Assembly: GCA_965218435.1 (NCBI GenBank)
Contig: CBDCKW010000009.1
Location: 1,600,001-1,664,000, forward strand
DNA from: Truepera sp.
Lineage (GTDB): Bacteria; Deinococcota; Deinococci; Deinococcales; Trueperaceae
Direction: 5' to 3'
DNA length: 64,000 nucleotides
Below are positions 61,856-64,000 of this stretch, in pieces. The notes beneath the pieces were generated by a model. It worked only from the letters and a program-made list of their open reading frames with translations. It had not been told where the DNA came from and ran no database searches. The first letter of the stretch is position 1; the number at the start of each line of letters is the position of its first letter. A program made the position numbers and the translations under genes.

Positions 61856-62908
61856 ATGAAAACCCGATTAACCCTTGCAGCTGTGGCACTGACGTCATTT
61901 TTGCTGGGCAGCACCGCCAGTTTTGCCCAAACGACAGGAACGGTGGCCTTTCTGATGCCCGACCAAGGCTCGACGCGCTACGACGAGCACGATTTTCCGG
62001 GTTTTAAGGCTGAATTAACCAAGCTTTGTCCGGACTGCACAGCTATCTATCAAAACGCCAACGCCGACGCGACGCTCCAGCAACAGCAGTTCAACTCGAT
62101 GATTTCGCAAGGTGCCACCGTGATTGTGCTGGACCCCGTGGACTCGGGAGCTGCCGCTGCGCTCGTTGAGTTGGGCCGAGCGCAAAACATCAAGGTGATT
62201 GCTTACGACCGTCCCATCCCCGAACGCGCACCGGACTTCTATATTTCTTTTGACAACGAAGGAATCGGCTACGCTATCGCGGAAAGCCTGGTCAAGCATC
62301 TGCAAGACTCAGGCGTACCGACGGACAATGGCGGCGTCTTACAGGTCAATGGTTCGCCGACCGACGCGGCGGCGCGCCTGATCGCCAAGGGGTCGCGCGA
62401 CGCGCTCGCTAAATCTGATTACAAGACGCTAGCTGAATTTGATACGCCGAACTGGTCGCCGCCCGACGCGCAGCGGTGGGTAAGCGGCCAGATCACCCGG
62501 TTTGGCAAACAGATCGTGGGGATTGTCGCAGCTAATGACGGGACAGCCGGCGGTTCCATAGCCGCGCTTAAGGCACAAGGCGTCAACCCGATCCCGCCCG
62601 TCACCGGGAACGACGCCGAGATTTCGGCGCTGCAACTGATCGTTGCAGGCGATCAGTACAACACGATCTCTAAGCCGAGCGAAATCGTCGGCAGGGCCGC
62701 GGCACAGGTGGCGGTCGCCTACCTCAACGGCGAAACACCCAAAGCGGAGACGACTATCTACGATGCGCCTTCCCAGCTCTTTGTTCCCGAAGTCGTTACC
62801 CGTGAGAACCTCAAGAAAGTCGTCGTCGATACGGGCATCGTTTCAACCGATCAGCTTTGCACGCCTGAATACGCCGAGGGCTGCCGCGAACTCGGCTTGA
62901 CCCAGTAA
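61856..62908 (+). CDS. Monosaccharide ABC substrate-binding protein (XylF-like, CUT2)
   Basis: Signal peptide; RY...D, IAYDR, SFDN, GSPTD, ANDGTAGG and VTGND. Confidence 0.9.
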   Translation: MKTRLTLAAVALTSFLLGSTASFAQTTGTVAFLMPDQGSTRYDEHDFPGFKAELTKLCPDCTAIYQNANADATLQQQQFNSMISQGATVIVLDPVDSGAAAALVELGRAQNIKVIAYDRPIPERAPDFYISFDNEGIGYAIAESLVKHLQDSGVPTDNGGVLQVNGSPTDAAARLIAKGSRDALAKSDYKTLAEFDTPNWSPPDAQRWVSGQITRFGKQIVGIVAANDGTAGGSIAALKAQGVNPIPPVTGNDAEISALQLIVAGDQYNTISKPSEIVGRAAAQVAVAYLNGETPKAETTIYDAPSQLFVPEVVTRENLKKVVVDTGIVSTDQLCTPEYAEGCRELGLTQ

Positions 62909-62920
62909 GCGATTTAATTG

Positions 62921-62957
62921 CGCGGAACCGGCTTACCCTCCGGTTCCGCACCTTTTT
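62921..62957 (+). other. Intercistronic hairpin after the SBP gene
   Basis: GCGGAACCGG/CCGGTTCCGC stem followed by ACCTTTTT. Confidence 0.6.
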
Positions 62958-63007
62958 AGGCTGAGCTGCCGAGAGGTGTTCAGACCACTTTGAAAGGACG
63001 TTACTAC

Positions 63008-63799
63008 ATGACACAGCGGCAGACACAAAGAGCGCACGGGGACCTTCTCCTCCGCCTTTCGGGGGTATCGAAAAAGTTTGGGGCGGTGACCGCCTTGTCC
63101 GACATCGAACTCGAGGTTTATGCCGGGGAAGTTGTGGCCCTAGTCGGCGACAACGGCGCAGGCAAATCGACGCTGGTCAAGGTGTTGGCCGGCGTCCATC
63201 AGGCAACGTCCGGAACGATTGAGTTTCTTGGGAAAGAAGTTACCCTGAGTGATCCCAGCACGGCCCTAGAGATGGGGATCGCGACGGTTTTCCAAGATTT
63301 GGCACTTTGTGAAAACCTCGATGTCGTCGCCAATCTTTTTCTAGGCCACGAGTTGTCGGCTTGGCAGCTGGACGAAGTGCAGATGGAGGTCAAGGCTTGG
63401 ACGCTGCTGCGAGAACTGGCGGCGCGCATCCCTTCGGTGCGGGAACCTGTTGCTTCACTCTCGGGTGGTCAGCGTCAGACTGTCGCCATTGCCCGCTCAC
63501 TTCTATTGGACCCTAAAATCATCATGCTGGACGAGCCCACCGCAGCTTTGGGGGTCGCGCAAACGGCCGAGGTTCTAAATTTGATCGAACGTGTCCGGGA
63601 CCGCGGCCACGGGGTGATCTTAATTTCTCACAATATGGAGGATGTGCGCGCCGTTGCCGACCGGGTCGTGGTCTTGCGTCTCGGCCAGAATAACGGCGTT
63701 TTTACGATGGAAAGCTCGCATGAGGAGCTGGTCGCCGCCATCACCGGAGCGACTGACAATTCCGTCTCTCGCCGCGCCGCGCGGAAGCTCGAGGCATAG
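63008..63799 (+). CDS. Monosaccharide ABC transporter ATP-binding protein
   Basis: GDNGAGKS, LSGGQRQ, LDEPTAALG and ISHN. Confidence 0.95.
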   Translation: MTQRQTQRAHGDLLLRLSGVSKKFGAVTALSDIELEVYAGEVVALVGDNGAGKSTLVKVLAGVHQATSGTIEFLGKEVTLSDPSTALEMGIATVFQDLALCENLDVVANLFLGHELSAWQLDEVQMEVKAWTLLRELAARIPSVREPVASLSGGQRQTVAIARSLLLDPKIIMLDEPTAALGVAQTAEVLNLIERVRDRGHGVILISHNMEDVRAVADRVVVLRLGQNNGVFTMESSHEELVAAITGATDNSVSRRAARKLEA

Positions 63800-63807
63800 G
63801 AGCAGAG

Positions 63808-64000
63808 ATGTCTAAAGATCGTCAAACTCCGTTACTCGACCGCGCGGACTCGAGGGTCCGTCAGGACGAAGGGATCGCCGGGGCTTTCCGCGCCTTTCTC
63901 GACAGTGTAAGGTCGGGCGACTTGGGCGTGCTGCCGGTCGTAATCGGCCTACTCCTGATTACCGTCGTCTTTACGTCGCTCAATCCGGTATTCTTAGCAC
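63808..64000 (+). CDS. Monosaccharide ABC permease, 3'-partial
   Basis: ATG after AGGAG; translates to ...VRSGDLGVLPVVIGLLLITVVFTSLNPVFL. Confidence 0.8.
   Translation, partial: MSKDRQTPLLDRADSRVRQDEGIAGAFRAFLDSVRSGDLGVLPVVIGLLLITVVFTSLNPVFLA

Overview
Chromosomal window of a moderately GC-rich bacterium, most consistent with Deinococcota (Trueperaceae-like). This is inferred from the cinA-recA-rny arrangement, a CrtLm-type lycopene cyclase, a Thermus-type malEFG and SpeD-like gene, and many apparently leaderless genes. It is mostly housekeeping and catabolic genes: DEAD-box helicase, nfo, recA, rny, prs-rplY-pth, tpiA, argB, gabT, dprA, three sugar ABC systems and a GH38 mannosidase cluster. 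I see no rRNA, tRNA or CRISPR array. The most unusual observations are: (1) the palindrome CTCGAG occurs about 128 times by hand count, in genes and intergenic DNA, like a HIP1-type iterated motif; (2) a small IS200/IS605 element whose TnpA reads through its own right end into an apparently complete Mrr-like nuclease domain, inside a rearranged plasmid-like scar with a parA fragment and palindromic repeats; (3) a partial ebo cluster (eboD, eboB, eboE) with two separate degraded copies of the eboE 5' end, each followed by a different unrelated gene; (4) a SAM decarboxylase homologue lacking both its pyruvoyl Ser and catalytic Cys; (5) two structured small-RNA candidates and a 36-aa membrane microprotein missed by the ORF track; (6) recurrent 12-17 nt tandem micro-duplications. 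All calls come from reading the sequence; no database searches were run.
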